The translations under genes were made by a program, and so were the position numbers. Shown piece after piece: positions 36,810-46,998 of a stretch of DNA of 64,000 bases (position 1 is the first letter of the stretch; every line of letters begins with the position of its first letter). The notes under the pieces were generated by a model. It was not told the DNA's origin, searched no databases, and saw nothing but the letters and a program-made list of their open reading frames with translations. This DNA comes from an uncultured Chloroflexia bacterium. Its GTDB lineage: Bacteria > Chloroflexota > Dehalococcoidia > UBA2979. The stretch lies in the NCBI GenBank assembly GCA_963728205.1, contig CAVSIV010000001.1:224001-288000 (forward strand), read 5' to 3'.

Positions 36810-38087
36810 TCAGCCCGCTGACGCGGGGCCGTTCGCCGCGGCCGTGGCGATCATCCCGGCGGCGACGGTGTTGTTCGTCGCCTCGTCGATCAGGATGAAG
36901 CTGCCCGTGTGGCGGTTACGCCGGTAGGCGTCGAAGAACAGCGGCACCGTCGTGCGCAGCCGCACCCGGCCGATCTCGTTGAGGGCGAGCCCGTCGGCGC
37001 CCGGCACCTCGTCGAGCGTGTTCACGTCGAGGCGCGACTCGATCGCGGTAACCACCGCGCGCGCGCTTCGCGTCGTGTGCTTGATCGCCAGGCGCGCGCC
37101 CGCCGCCAGCCGGCTGCGCTCCGCCATCCAGCACACGACCGCGTCGACGTCCTGCCCCACGCACGGCTCGCGGCCGGCGCCGACGATCATGTCGCCGCGC
37201 GAGACGTCCACGTCGTCCTCGAGCTGCAGCGTGACCGACATCGGCGGCATCGCGGCCGCGACCGGGCCGTCGTACGTGTCGATCGAGCGGATGCGGGTCG
37301 CGACGCCGGACGGCAACACGCGCACCGGGTCGCCCGGGCGCAGCACGCCGCCGGCGACCGTGCCCGCGTAGCCCCGGTAGTCGTGGTGCGCGTCGCTCAT
37401 CGGACGGATCACGTACTGCACCGGGAAGCGCGCGTCGTCGAGGTCCTCGTCGCGCGCGATCTCGACCGTCTCCAGGTGATCGAGCAGCGTCGGCCCCGAG
37501 TACCACGGCATCGCCGCCGACGGCTCGACGACGTTGTCGCCCCGCAGCGCCGACACCGGGACGTATGTCGCCTCGCGCACGTCGAGCCGTCGGGCGAAGG
37601 CCGCGAAGTCGTCGCGGATGTGCTCGAACGTTGCCCGGTCGTAGTCGACGAGGTCCATCTTGTTCACGCATACCACGAGGTGTGGGATGCCGAGCAGCGA
37701 CGCGATGATCGCGTGACGCCGCGACTGCTCCACGACGCCCTGACGCGCGTCCACGAGGATCAGCGCGAGGTGCGCGGTCGACGCGCCGGTGACCATGTTG
37801 CGCGTGTACTGCACGTGGCCCGGCGTATCCGCGATGATGAATTTCCGCCGCGGCGTCGCGAAGTAGCGGTAGGCGACATCGATGGTGATCCCCTGCTCGC
37901 GCTCGGCGCGCAGGCCGTCGGTGAGCAGCGCCAGGTTCACGTACTCGTCGCCGCGGCTGCGGCTGCTCGCCTCGATCGCCTCCCACGTGTCCTGCAGGAT
38001 CGCCTTCGAGTCGTAGAGCAGCCGGCCGATGAGGGTGCTCTTGCCGTCGTCCACCGAGCCGACGGTCGCGAAGCGGAGCAACTCCAC
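36810..38087 (-). CDS. cysN: Sulfate adenylyltransferase subunit 1 (GTPase), no CysC fusion
   Basis: LLRFATVGSVDDGKST, EREQGITIDVAYRYF, DTPGH, NKMD, GSFILIDE; start overlaps the cysD stop. Confidence 0.96.
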   Translation of the reverse strand: MELLRFATVGSVDDGKSTLIGRLLYDSKAILQDTWEAIEASSRSRGDEYVNLALLTDGLRAEREQGITIDVAYRYFATPRRKFIIADTPGHVQYTRNMVTGASTAHLALILVDARQGVVEQSRRHAIIASLLGIPHLVVCVNKMDLVDYDRATFEHIRDDFAAFARRLDVREATYVPVSALRGDNVVEPSAAMPWYSGPTLLDHLETVEIARDEDLDDARFPVQYVIRPMSDAHHDYRGYAGTVAGGVLRPGDPVRVLPSGVATRIRSIDTYDGPVAAAMPPMSVTLQLEDDVDVSRGDMIVGAGREPCVGQDVDAVVCWMAERSRLAAGARLAIKHTTRSARAVVTAIESRLDVNTLDEVPGADGLALNEIGRVRLRTTVPLFFDAYRRNRHTGSFILIDEATNNTVAAGMIATAAANGPASAG

Positions 38088-39031
38088 TAGAAGTACCCCT
38101 CGCGCTTGCGGTCTTCCATCGCCGCCTCCGAGAAGCGGTCGTCGGCGCGCGTCTGTCCGCGCTCGGAGACGCGCGTGATCGCGATCTCCGCGATCACCTG
38201 CTCGAGCGTGCGCGCGTCGGACTCGACCGCCGCGGTGCACGTCATGTCGCCGATGGTGCGGAAGCGCACGCTCGCCTCGAACGGCTCTTCGCCGGGGAGA
38301 CGCTGGAGGTGCTCGCCGTCCGCCATCAGCATGCCGTCGCGGCGGAACACACGACGCGGGTGCGCGAAGTAGAGCGACGGGATCTCGATGCCGTCGTCGG
38401 CGATGTACTGCCAGATGTCGAGCTCGGTCCAGTTCGACAGCGGGAAGACGCGGATGTGCTCGCCCTGGCGGTGGCGGCCGTTGTAGAGGCTCCACAGCTC
38501 CGGGCGCTGGCTTTTCGGATCCCACTGCCCGAACTCGTCGCGGAACGAGTAGACGCGCTCCTTCGCGCGGGCCTTCTCCTCGTCGCGCCGGGCGCCGCCG
38601 AACACGGCGTCGAAGCCGTGCGCGGCGATCGTGTCGAGGAGCACCTGCGTCTGCAGGCGGTTGCGCGACGCGCGCGCGCCGGTCTCCTCGACGGCGCGGC
38701 CGTCGTCGATGGCCTGTTGCACGGAGCCGACGACGAGCCGCACGCCCACCTCCGCGACCCGCCGGTCGCGGTACGCGAGCGCCTCCGGGAAGTTGTGGCC
38801 GGTATCGATATGCACGACCGGAAACGGGATCTTCGCCGGCCAGAACGCCTTCTCGGCGAGGCGCAGCATGACGATGGAGTCTTTGCCGCCGGAGAAGAGC
38901 AGGCCGGGCCGCTCGAACTCCGCCGCGACCTCGCGAATGATGTGGATCGACTCGGCTTCGAGCGCGCGGAGGTGTGAGAGGGGCGCGGGCACGCCGTCGG
39001 GCCGGCCGTCGCGCGTGCGGATGGCGGTCAT
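38087..39031 (-). CDS. cysD: Sulfate adenylyltransferase subunit 2
   Basis: LEAESIHIIREV, FSGGKDS, GGARRDEEKARAKER, QRPELW, MEDRKREGYF. Confidence 0.97.
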   Translation of the reverse strand: MTAIRTRDGRPDGVPAPLSHLRALEAESIHIIREVAAEFERPGLLFSGGKDSIVMLRLAEKAFWPAKIPFPVVHIDTGHNFPEALAYRDRRVAEVGVRLVVGSVQQAIDDGRAVEETGARASRNRLQTQVLLDTIAAHGFDAVFGGARRDEEKARAKERVYSFRDEFGQWDPKSQRPELWSLYNGRHRQGEHIRVFPLSNWTELDIWQYIADDGIEIPSLYFAHPRRVFRRDGMLMADGEHLQRLPGEEPFEASVRFRTIGDMTCTAAVESDARTLEQVIAEIAITRVSERGQTRADDRFSEAAMEDRKREGYF

Positions 39032-39053
39032 CGTGGATCCTTCGTGCTGCGGG

Positions 39054-39785
39054 TCAGCCAACGTGGAGGCCGCACTCGGTCTTGTCGGTCCCGGACCACC
39101 GGCCTGCGCGCTGGTCTTCGCCGGGGCGCACGGCGCGGGTGCAGTGCGTGCAGCCCAGCGTGGGGAAGCCCTGGTCGTGCAGCGGGTTGTAGGGGAGGCC
39201 GTGGGCGAAGATGTAGGCCCACGCGTCCTTCTCGCTCCAATTCACGAGCGGGTTCGCCTTCGCGAGCCCGAACTTCGCGTCCCATTGCAGCGCGGGCGTC
39301 CCGGCGCGCGCTGCCGACTGATCGCGCCGCACGCCGGTGATCCACGCCGACCGGCCCGCCAGCGCGGTCTCGATCGGCCGCACCTTGCGGATGTCGCAGC
39401 ACGCGTTCGCGTCGCGCTCCCAGAGCGCCTCGCCGTGCACCGCCACCTGCTGCTCCGGCGTCAGCGCTGGCGTGTAGCGGCGAAAGTCGAGTTCCGGCCA
39501 GTGCGCGCGCGACCGCTCGATCAGCGCGTAGGTCTCGGGGAACAGGAAGTCGGTGTCGAGGTAGAACACCGGCGCGCCCGGCCGGCGCTTCGCGACCATG
39601 TCCATCAGCACGATGTCCGACGTGTTGCCGAACGCGCTGGCGAGCACGACGCCGCCGGCGTAGCGCGCGAAGAGCCAGTCGAGGATCGCGTCGGGAGCCG
39701 CGGCGTCGAGGGCGCGCGCGGCGGCGTCGAGGGCTGCGGCTTCCGCGGGCGGCGGCTCGATGCGGACGGTCGGGGCCTCGGCCAT
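39054..39785 (-). CDS. cysH: APS/PAPS reductase with [4Fe-4S] cysteines (APS-type)
   Basis: LDTDFLFPETY, CCDIRKV, WITGVRRDQ, GCTHCT, RAGRW, ECGLH. Confidence 0.95.
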   Translation of the reverse strand: MAEAPTVRIEPPPAEAAALDAAARALDAAAPDAILDWLFARYAGGVVLASAFGNTSDIVLMDMVAKRRPGAPVFYLDTDFLFPETYALIERSRAHWPELDFRRYTPALTPEQQVAVHGEALWERDANACCDIRKVRPIETALAGRSAWITGVRRDQSAARAGTPALQWDAKFGLAKANPLVNWSEKDAWAYIFAHGLPYNPLHDQGFPTLGCTHCTRAVRPGEDQRAGRWSGTDKTECGLHVG

Positions 39786-39911
39786 GGGGGGTTCCTTCCT
39801 GCGCGCGGCGTGCGGGCGGCGCCGCGGGGTGGAGTTGTGACGAACGTCACACACTGTTCGCGCGCGGACGGCCGGTGCGCTCCCGCACGGCCGTCCGCGC
39901 GGAATGCGTCG

Positions 39912-41693
39912 CTAGACGGCGCACTCGCCTTCCCCGCGCTCCAGCACGTAGAGGCCGTCGCGCTCCCAGTCGATGAACTCCTGGAAGTCGTCGGTCTTGA
40001 AGACCGGAGTCACGGTCAGGTCCTTCACGGCGGCCTCGAACGGCGGGATGCCGACGCGGTCGACGTAGGCGTTGAACTCCTCGCCATCCTGCCGCTCGGC
40101 CAGGTAGAGCTTCACGAAGCGCTCGACCGCGACCGGCACGCGCTTGGCGGGAATGCGCAGGCGCGCCAGCCGGCCCATGCGCAGCGCCTCGCCCTCGCGG
40201 CGCTGGCCGCCCAGGAAGACGTTGTAGGCGGGGATCTGCCGCGCCTCGTTCTTCATCGACGCGCCGTGGAATCCGATGTTGCCGATGTGGTGCTGCCCGC
40301 ACGAGTTCGGGCAGCCGCTGATGTTGATCAGGATGCGGCGGGCCAGCGGGTCGGTGACGTCGAGCGACTCGACGTGCTGCTGGATCGCGCGGTTCAACCC
40401 CATCGACGAGGTGATGCCGAGCTTGCAGCTGTCGGTGCCGGGGCAGCTCACGACGTCGGTGATCTCGGTGGCGTCCTGGTCGCCGAGGCCGAGGTCGCGC
40501 AGCTCGCGGAAAACCGAGTAGACGCGGCCGTCGGGGATCCAGCGCAGCACGAAGTTCTGGTCCTGCGTGGTGCGCGCGCGCCCGATGCCGTAGGTGCGCA
40601 GGATGCGCGCGAGCCCGCGGAACTGCTCGGGCGTGAGATCGCCCTGGCGCACCTTCGCGGTGACGGCCGAGTAGCCGGCCTGCTTCTGCCGCCGCACGTT
40701 CACCGCGACGAAGCGCGCGAACGCCTCGGCGTCGGCGGGCGGCACCGCGTCGGCCGACGCCGGGAAGTCCGGCGCCTCCGAGGCCTCGTCGTCGACGAAC
40801 AGCAGCGCGTCGAGATCGGGGCGGCGCTGCGCCCACTCGCCGCGCAGCTCCTCCGCGACCATCGCCTGGAACGCCTCCTCGCCCACGCGGTGGACGAGGA
40901 ACTTCAGCCGCGCCTTGAGGATGTTCACCCGCAGCTCGTCGGCGCGCTCGAAGATGCGCAGCACGGCCTCGCTGTACGTGAGGAAGTCGTCGACGGGGAC
41001 GAACTCGCTGATCAGCACGGCGTCCTTCGGCATCGTCGAGAGGCCGCCGCCGACCACCATCTTGAAGCCGCGCACCTCGCGGCCGTCGATCTCGCGGACG
41101 CGCGGGATGAAGCCGATGTCGTGGATCGCGGTCATCGCGGCGTCGGCGTCGCTGCCCGAGAACGTGACCTTGAACTTGCGGGGGAGCGCCTGGCTCAGCG
41201 GGTTGCGCACGAAGTAGCGCACGAGCGCACCGGCGTACGGGGTGATGTCGAACGCCTCGTCCTCGCGGATGCCGGCCCACGGGTCGCCGGTCACGTTGCG
41301 GACGACGTTGCCGCAGGCCTCACGCGTCGAGAGGCCGGCGTCGCCGAGGCGTCGCAGCGCGTCGTACGCGCGCGCCAGCGGGATGTGGTGGTACTGGATG
41401 TTCTGGCGCGTCGTGATGTGCCCGCGCCCCAGGGGCGCGAACTCCTCGGCCACGTCCGCGAGCGCCTCGAGCTGGTCGGAGCTGACCCCGCCGAACGGCA
41501 GCTTGCACCGGATCATCTGCCGCGCCTGCTGGCGCTGCCCGTACACGCCCTGCTTCAGGCGAAACTTGATGAAGTTCTGCTCCACGCGCTGCTGCGCCAG
41601 GAACGCCTGCGCCTCGGTCCCGAAGTCGCTGAGCTCGTCGTCGAGAATCGGGATGACGCGGCCCGGGGTATCGGTGCGGGATGCGATGGTCAT
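39912..41693 (-). CDS. sir: Ferredoxin-dependent sulfite/nitrite reductase (siroheme)
   Basis: TTRQNIQY, EACGNVVRNV, LPRKFK, SCPGTDSCKLG, SGCPNSCGQH; upstream of cysHDN. Confidence 0.92.
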   Translation of the reverse strand: MTIASRTDTPGRVIPILDDELSDFGTEAQAFLAQQRVEQNFIKFRLKQGVYGQRQQARQMIRCKLPFGGVSSDQLEALADVAEEFAPLGRGHITTRQNIQYHHIPLARAYDALRRLGDAGLSTREACGNVVRNVTGDPWAGIREDEAFDITPYAGALVRYFVRNPLSQALPRKFKVTFSGSDADAAMTAIHDIGFIPRVREIDGREVRGFKMVVGGGLSTMPKDAVLISEFVPVDDFLTYSEAVLRIFERADELRVNILKARLKFLVHRVGEEAFQAMVAEELRGEWAQRRPDLDALLFVDDEASEAPDFPASADAVPPADAEAFARFVAVNVRRQKQAGYSAVTAKVRQGDLTPEQFRGLARILRTYGIGRARTTQDQNFVLRWIPDGRVYSVFRELRDLGLGDQDATEITDVVSCPGTDSCKLGITSSMGLNRAIQQHVESLDVTDPLARRILINISGCPNSCGQHHIGNIGFHGASMKNEARQIPAYNVFLGGQRREGEALRMGRLARLRIPAKRVPVAVERFVKLYLAERQDGEEFNAYVDRVGIPPFEAAVKDLTVTPVFKTDDFQEFIDWERDGLYVLERGEGECAV

Positions 41694-41876
41694 GCGGCGG
41701 ACCCCTCGAGGTGCGGTTCGGGCAAAAGACGATATTGTTGCTCGAACAAGTAAAGAATAGCCAGCAGGATAGCACGGGCAAGGGCGCGGTCAACCGGGAT
41801 CGCTCCGGGGGCCGTTCGGCGACGCCCGATCGGTGCCCGGGTTGCCACTCGTCCCGCACCCGCCCAGAGTGAGCGC

Positions 41877-42755
41877 ATGCGCCATCCCGCCCACGACGCC
41901 ATCGCGCGGTCCGTCGCCGGCTGGTATCGCGAGTCGTCCCCAGAGCTCGGGTACGTCGCGGAGCGCCGCGCGTACGGATGGGTGCAGCGGCACCCCGCTC
42001 TCGCGGGCGCCGCCGTCACCCTCGCTCCGTGCGCGCCGGAAGACGTCGCGGACCACCTGGCCGCGCTGCGCGCCGATCTCGGCGGCACGCCAGCGTCGCT
42101 GCGCGTCGAGGGCCGGGACACCGACGCCCGCCTCCGCCCCGCGCTCGAGGCTGCCGGCTGCCACGCCGGCACCGCCGAGTCGTTCCTCGTCTTCGTCGGC
42201 GACCTGCCGTCGGCGAGCCCCTCGGAGCATGTCGCGATCGAGGCGGTCGACGAGAGCGGCCTCGAGGCCTGGGCGCGCACGAAGGTCGCCGGCTTCGCCG
42301 GTGTCGAGCCGGCGGCGGTCGGCGCCGCCGAGTTGCGCGCGGAGCGGCGCATCCGCGCGGCCGAGCTGCGCGGCGGCCTGCGGCTGCGGCTCGCGCGCGT
42401 CGACGGCGAGCCGGCCGGCGCGATCGCCGCCTACACGCGCGGCCACCCCGGCGGCGACTGGCTCGTGTTCTCGCTCGCGACGCTTCCCGCGTTCCGCGAG
42501 GCCGGCGTCGCGCGGCTCCTGCTGGTCGACGCGCTCGATGCCGCCCGTGCGGCCGGCGCGCGGTCGACGCTGATCAATGCCGACCCGGACGACTGGCCCC
42601 ACGGCTGGTACGTGCGGCTGGGGTTCGAGGACGAGGTGTACTGGAGGCGCAGCTACGCGGTGGCGAATGGCGAGTCGTGGGGGGGCATGAGCCCCGTGCT
42701 GCCGTCCGCTAGTACGTCGACACGTCCATCTGCGGGAGCATCCCCGTCACCGTGA
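41877..42755 (+). CDS. GNAT family acetyltransferase (C-terminus possibly over-extended by an indel in a G run)
   Basis: LATLPAFREAGVARLL, WYVRLGF; as assembled it overlaps the phoU 3' end by 47 bp. Confidence 0.75.
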   Translation: MRHPAHDAIARSVAGWYRESSPELGYVAERRAYGWVQRHPALAGAAVTLAPCAPEDVADHLAALRADLGGTPASLRVEGRDTDARLRPALEAAGCHAGTAESFLVFVGDLPSASPSEHVAIEAVDESGLEAWARTKVAGFAGVEPAAVGAAELRAERRIRAAELRGGLRLRLARVDGEPAGAIAAYTRGHPGGDWLVFSLATLPAFREAGVARLLLVDALDAARAAGARSTLINADPDDWPHGWYVRLGFEDEVYWRRSYAVANGESWGGMSPVLPSASTSTRPSAGASPSP

Positions 42756-43374
42756 AGACGGTGCGCTCCGCGATGTTGGTCGCGCGGTCGCCGACGCGCT
42801 CGAGGTTGTGCGCGACCCAGAGCAGGTGCGTCGCCGGCTCGACCGTCGACGGGTCGTTGATCATGATCTCGACGAGGTCGCGGTAGATGCGGTCGTAGAG
42901 CTCGTCGACGCCGTCGTCGAGCGCGCCCACGCGGTATGCCTCGTTCACGTCCTTGTCGGAGAACGCCTGCAGCGAGATCTTCAGCATCTCGCGTGCACGC
43001 TCGGCCATCACCGGCAGGTCGACCAGCGGCTTCACCAGCGGCTCGTCCTGCATCAGCAGCACGATGCGACCGATGCCCTCGGCATGGTCGCCCATGCGCT
43101 CGAGCTCGGCGCCGATCGACGTGACCGACACGATCACGCGCAGGTCGGTCGCCATCGGTGCCTGCTGGGCGAGTAGCGAGAGGCACATATTCTGCAGGTG
43201 GAACGCCGTCGCGTTGATCTCGGTGTCGTCGTCGATCACCTTCTGCGCGAGCTCGGCGTCGCGGTCGATCAGCGACTGCATCGCGCGGTCGATGGCGCGG
43301 TCCACCATCGACCCCATCTCCAGGATGCTGTCCTGCAGGGCGTCGAGCTGGCGGTGGAACTGCTCTCGCGGCAC
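42709..43374 (-). CDS. phoU: Phosphate signalling protein PhoU
   Basis: QAPMATDLR, ELERMGDHA, DDGVDELY, NLERVGDRATNIAE; GAGGAGG RBS. Confidence 0.96.
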   Translation of the reverse strand: MPREQFHRQLDALQDSILEMGSMVDRAIDRAMQSLIDRDAELAQKVIDDDTEINATAFHLQNMCLSLLAQQAPMATDLRVIVSVTSIGAELERMGDHAEGIGRIVLLMQDEPLVKPLVDLPVMAERAREMLKISLQAFSDKDVNEAYRVGALDDGVDELYDRIYRDLVEIMINDPSTVEPATHLLWVAHNLERVGDRATNIAERTVFTVTGMLPQMDVSTY

Positions 43375-43480
43375 GGAGCCGCCTCCTCGTCCGGTGATGC
43401 CCGCCCCGCGGTGGTGCGCCGCGCCGGCGTCCCGATGATACGGCCCTGGTCGCGGGGCGGTGCCGGGGGTTGCTCGCATC

Positions 43481-43529
43481 ATTCTGGCGGCCGCAGCCGG
43501 CTACGCGCTTTAACGACGAGTTAAGCGCG
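43481..43529 (-). promoter_or_regulatory. Candidate Pho box and -10 element of phoU
   Basis: Minus-strand TTAAC-N6-TTAAA direct repeat (11-bp period) followed 22 nt later by CAGAAT; coincides with a CGCGCTT/AAGCGCG inverted repeat. Confidence 0.5.
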
Positions 43530-44756
43530 GTCGGCGGGCGCGACCGGGTCTGCCTCGCGCGCAATGGGCAGCGTGAAGCGCACGTCGGCGCCGCGCTCGC
43601 TCGGCGCGGCCCAGATGCGGCCGCGGTGGCGCGAGACGATGTGTCGCGCGATCGCGAGTCCGAGTCCGGTGCCGCCGCGGCCGGCCGTGCGCGAGCGATC
43701 GCCCGTGTAGAACCGCTCGAAGATGCGCGCGCGATCGCTCGGCAGGATGCCCGGGCCTTCGTCGCGCACGTCGAAGCGCACCTCGTGCGCCTCGGGCACG
43801 GCGCTCAGCGTGACCGTGCCCTGCGGCGGGCTGAAGCGCAGCGCGTTGTCGAGCAGGTTGGCGAGCACCTCGAGCACGCGCTCGCGGTCCGCGAGCACCG
43901 GCGGCGCGTCGGCCGCCTCCACGACGACGCGCTGGTCGGGCCCGGCAAGCGGCCGGATGCGGTCCGCCGCGGTGGCGAGCAGCTCCGCGGGCGCGACCGG
44001 ATCGAGGTGGAACGGCTCGTCGGCGAACTCGATGCGGGACAGCCGTAGCAGCCGGTCGACGATCTCCCCGAGCCGCGCGATCTCGGCCGTGAGCTGTGCG
44101 AGGAAGCGCGCGCGGCGGTCGGGGTCGGGCACGCCGCTCTCGAGCGTCTCCGCGAGCGCGAGCGCGGCGGTGATCGGCGTGCGCAGCTCGTGCGAGACGT
44201 TGCCGACCAGGTCGCTGCGCGCGCGTTGCGCGGCGCGCAGCTCCGTGAGGTCCTCGAGCGAGAGCAGCGCGTGCACGCCGCGCGCGTCGAGCCGGCGCGC
44301 GGTCGCGCGCACGACGTGGCCGCTGCGCAGCGTGACCTCGCGCGGCGTGCCGGCTGCGTCGCGGACCAGCTGGAGGAGGTCGTGGTCGCCGGTGGCGCGG
44401 ATCAGCGAGCGGCCGCGGATCGCCGCCGGGGTGCTGTCGAAGAGCGTGGCGGCGGCCTCGCTGGCGGCCACCACGATCGCGAGGTCGTCGACGAGGAGGG
44501 CCGGCGCCTCGAGCGCCTCGATGACCGCGGCGGGCGTCGCGTCGGCGGCCGCCGCGGGGGCGGTCGCAACGCCGTCGCCGCGCGGCGACCGCGGCGCCGA
44601 CGCCATGCCCGCCGCGCGTCGCCACGCGAGCACCGCAACCGCACCGGCGACGACGCCGGCGGCGAGCGCGTCCCAGCCGCGCGGCAGCACGAGCACCACG
44701 ACGGCGGCCGCGGCGGCCACCGCAATCACGGTCGGCGTGGCGCGCGCCCGGTCCAT
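43521..44756 (-). CDS. phoR: PhoR-like sensor histidine kinase
   Basis: TM helices, PAS-like region, NVSHELRTP, NLLDNA, DEGPG, FERFY, GTGLGLAI; next to phoU. Confidence 0.88.
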   Translation of the reverse strand: MDRARATPTVIAVAAAAAVVVLVLPRGWDALAAGVVAGAVAVLAWRRAAGMASAPRSPRGDGVATAPAAAADATPAAVIEALEAPALLVDDLAIVVAASEAAATLFDSTPAAIRGRSLIRATGDHDLLQLVRDAAGTPREVTLRSGHVVRATARRLDARGVHALLSLEDLTELRAAQRARSDLVGNVSHELRTPITAALALAETLESGVPDPDRRARFLAQLTAEIARLGEIVDRLLRLSRIEFADEPFHLDPVAPAELLATAADRIRPLAGPDQRVVVEAADAPPVLADRERVLEVLANLLDNALRFSPPQGTVTLSAVPEAHEVRFDVRDEGPGILPSDRARIFERFYTGDRSRTAGRGGTGLGLAIARHIVSRHRGRIWAAPSERGADVRFTLPIAREADPVAPADRA

Positions 44757-44760
44757 CGCC

Positions 44761-45459
44761 TCAGGGCACGAACTTGTAGCCGACGCCGCGCACGGTCTGG
44801 ATGTGCTCGGGCCGCGCCGGATCAACCTCGAGCTTCTCGCGCAGCCAGCGCACGTGGACGTCCACCGTGCGCGTCTCGCCGGCGTAGCTGAACCCCCACA
44901 CCGACTCCAGGATCATCTCGCGGGTCAGCGCCTGTCCCGGGTGCCGCATCAGGAACTCGAGCAGCTGGAACTCGCGCGGCCGCAGCGCAATCGGCGCGCC
45001 GTCGCGCAGCACCTCGTGGCGCCCCGCGTCGAGGGTGATGCCGGCGCCGGTCACGCGCGTGCTCGTCTCGCGGTCGTCGGTGCCGGCCTCGCGCGACAGC
45101 CGGTCCCGCCGCAGCAGCGACGACACGCGGGCGCGCAGCTCGCGCATCGAGAAGGGCTTCGTCACGTAGTCGTCGGCGCCGAGGTCGAGCCCCTGCACCT
45201 TGTCCGCCTCGCCGGTGCGCGCGGTCAGCATCAGGATCGGCACCGTCTGCTCGGCGCGCAGCACGCGGCAGACGTCGAGCCCCGACATGCGCGGCAGCAT
45301 GACGTCGAGCACGACGAGGTCTGGGTGCTCCGCCCGCGCCGACTCGAGCCCGGCGACGCCGTCCGCCGCGCGCAGCACGGCGTGGCCGTCCGCCTCGAGG
45401 TTGTAGGCGATGGCGTCGAGGATGGCCGGGTCGTCTTCGACGACGAGCACAGTCGGCAT
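44761..45459 (-). CDS. phoB: PhoB/PhoP-like response regulator
   Basis: [40 protein letters not shown]. Confidence 0.88.
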   Translation of the reverse strand: MPTVLVVEDDPAILDAIAYNLEADGHAVLRAADGVAGLESARAEHPDLVVLDVMLPRMSGLDVCRVLRAEQTVPILMLTARTGEADKVQGLDLGADDYVTKPFSMRELRARVSSLLRRDRLSREAGTDDRETSTRVTGAGITLDAGRHEVLRDGAPIALRPREFQLLEFLMRHPGQALTREMILESVWGFSYAGETRTVDVHVRWLREKLEVDPARPEHIQTVRGVGYKFVP

Positions 45460-45559
45460 CGCGGCCCCTCCCGCGAGAAATGTAAGCGTTCCGACGCCAG
45501 GAATCTGTTTCGGTCCGCGCGCGCGCCGTGCTTCAGGCACGCCGCGGCGACGGGACCGG

Positions 45560-46882
45560 CTACAGCAGGCCCAGCTTCCGCGCCTGTGCGGTCAGCTCGC
45601 CGCGGTGATCCGGGTGCGCGATCGCGATCAGCTCGCGCGCGCGGTCGCGCTCGCTCTTCCCGAAGAGCGACGCCACGCCGTACTCCGTCACGACGAAGTC
45701 GGTGAGGAAGCGCGGCACCCCGACGACCGCGCCCGGCGGCAGCTCGGCCACCACGCGCGTGTGCTCCGCGTCCGTGCCCGCGCTCGACGGCAGGATGTGA
45801 ATCGACTTCCCACCGGGCGCGTACACGGCGCCGACGACGAACTCGAACTGCCCGCCGGGCCCCGTGTACATCTCGCGGCCGATGCTGTCGAAGACCACCT
45901 GCCCGGTGAGGTCGATCATCGTGCCGGTGTTGATCGCGGTCATCTGCGACTGCGAGGCGATCACCGCCGGGTCGTGGATGTAGTCGACGCCGTAGACCTC
46001 CCAGGCAGCGAAGTGGCGCTGGACGATCTCGAGCTCCTCGGGCTCGGGTGGCAGCGCGGTCACCACCATCTTCCCGACGTCGCGGCTCTTGCGGCGCCCG
46101 GTGAACACGCCCTGCTCGTGCAGCGCCGCCACGCCCGGGCTCGTGAGCTCCGAGTGGAAGCCGAGGTCGCGCTTGCCCGCGAGGTGCGGCGTGATGGCGT
46201 TCGACGCCGCGCCCACGCCAATCTCCACGGTGTCGCCGTCGCGCACGAGCTCCGACGCGAGGGCCGCCGCGACGTCGAGGACCGCCGCCTGCTCGGGCGT
46301 CGTCGGCGCCTGGGTCGTCGCGCGGCCCTGCGGCGGCTCGACCTCGACCAGGTAATCGACCTCGTCGACGTGGACGAAGTTGTCGCCGGCGGAGCGCACG
46401 CGGCCTTCCTCGACCTCGGCGACCACCACCTTCGACGTGCGCAGCGCGAGCTTGTTGTCCCAGAGCATCGCGCCGAACGACATCAGCCCGTTCGCGTCCG
46501 GCTCGGAGAGGCGGAAGAAGCCGATATCGGGCGCGGAGATGTCGCGCTCGTAGCGGCGGTGCGCGGTGAAGACGGTCGACGGCGTGTAGCTGATGCGGCG
46601 CTGGCGGTAGGCGGAGCGCGGACCGGGGGTGAGGTAGCCGGCGCGCAGCTCCACGTGGCGCTCGGCGGCGGTGGGCGCGTCCCACAGCGTCGGCACGCGC
46701 ATCAGGTCGCCGTAGGCGACGACCTCGCGCAGCTCGCCGGCGCGCTTGGCGATCAGCGGGGCAATCCGCCACGGGTCGGCGTGGACCATGCCGAAGTGGA
46801 GCGTCATGCCGTCGCGCACGAGCCCGGCCGCCGCCTCGGCGGTCACGAGCTTGTCCGCGTAGCGCGTGCGCCAGTCGCTCAC
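45560..46882 (-). CDS. Acetyl-CoA hydrolase/CoA-transferase family (4-hydroxybutyrate CoA-transferase-like)
   Basis: YADKLVTAEAA, DGDTVEIGVG, LGFHSE, IDLTGQ, GPGGQFEF, VVTEYGVA, IAIAHPDHR. Confidence 0.9.
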   Translation of the reverse strand: MSDWRTRYADKLVTAEAAAGLVRDGMTLHFGMVHADPWRIAPLIAKRAGELREVVAYGDLMRVPTLWDAPTAAERHVELRAGYLTPGPRSAYRQRRISYTPSTVFTAHRRYERDISAPDIGFFRLSEPDANGLMSFGAMLWDNKLALRTSKVVVAEVEEGRVRSAGDNFVHVDEVDYLVEVEPPQGRATTQAPTTPEQAAVLDVAAALASELVRDGDTVEIGVGAASNAITPHLAGKRDLGFHSELTSPGVAALHEQGVFTGRRKSRDVGKMVVTALPPEPEELEIVQRHFAAWEVYGVDYIHDPAVIASQSQMTAINTGTMIDLTGQVVFDSIGREMYTGPGGQFEFVVGAVYAPGGKSIHILPSSAGTDAEHTRVVAELPPGAVVGVPRFLTDFVVTEYGVASLFGKSERDRARELIAIAHPDHRGELTAQARKLGLL

Positions 46883-46998
46883 GGCCGTCCCCCCCGCTTG
46901 GCTCGCCGGCCGGGCCGCCTGCCGGCGCCGGGGCAGCATAGTACGCACGCGATGCCGCGGACCGCCGCGCCCGCGGCGGCGACCTCTACACTGCGCGC

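Noticed and set aside
42660-42755. Functional convergent overlap of the GNAT gene and phoU
   Set aside because: Shortening the G7 run near 42680 by one base gives an immediate TGA and removes the overlap; likely a homopolymer error.
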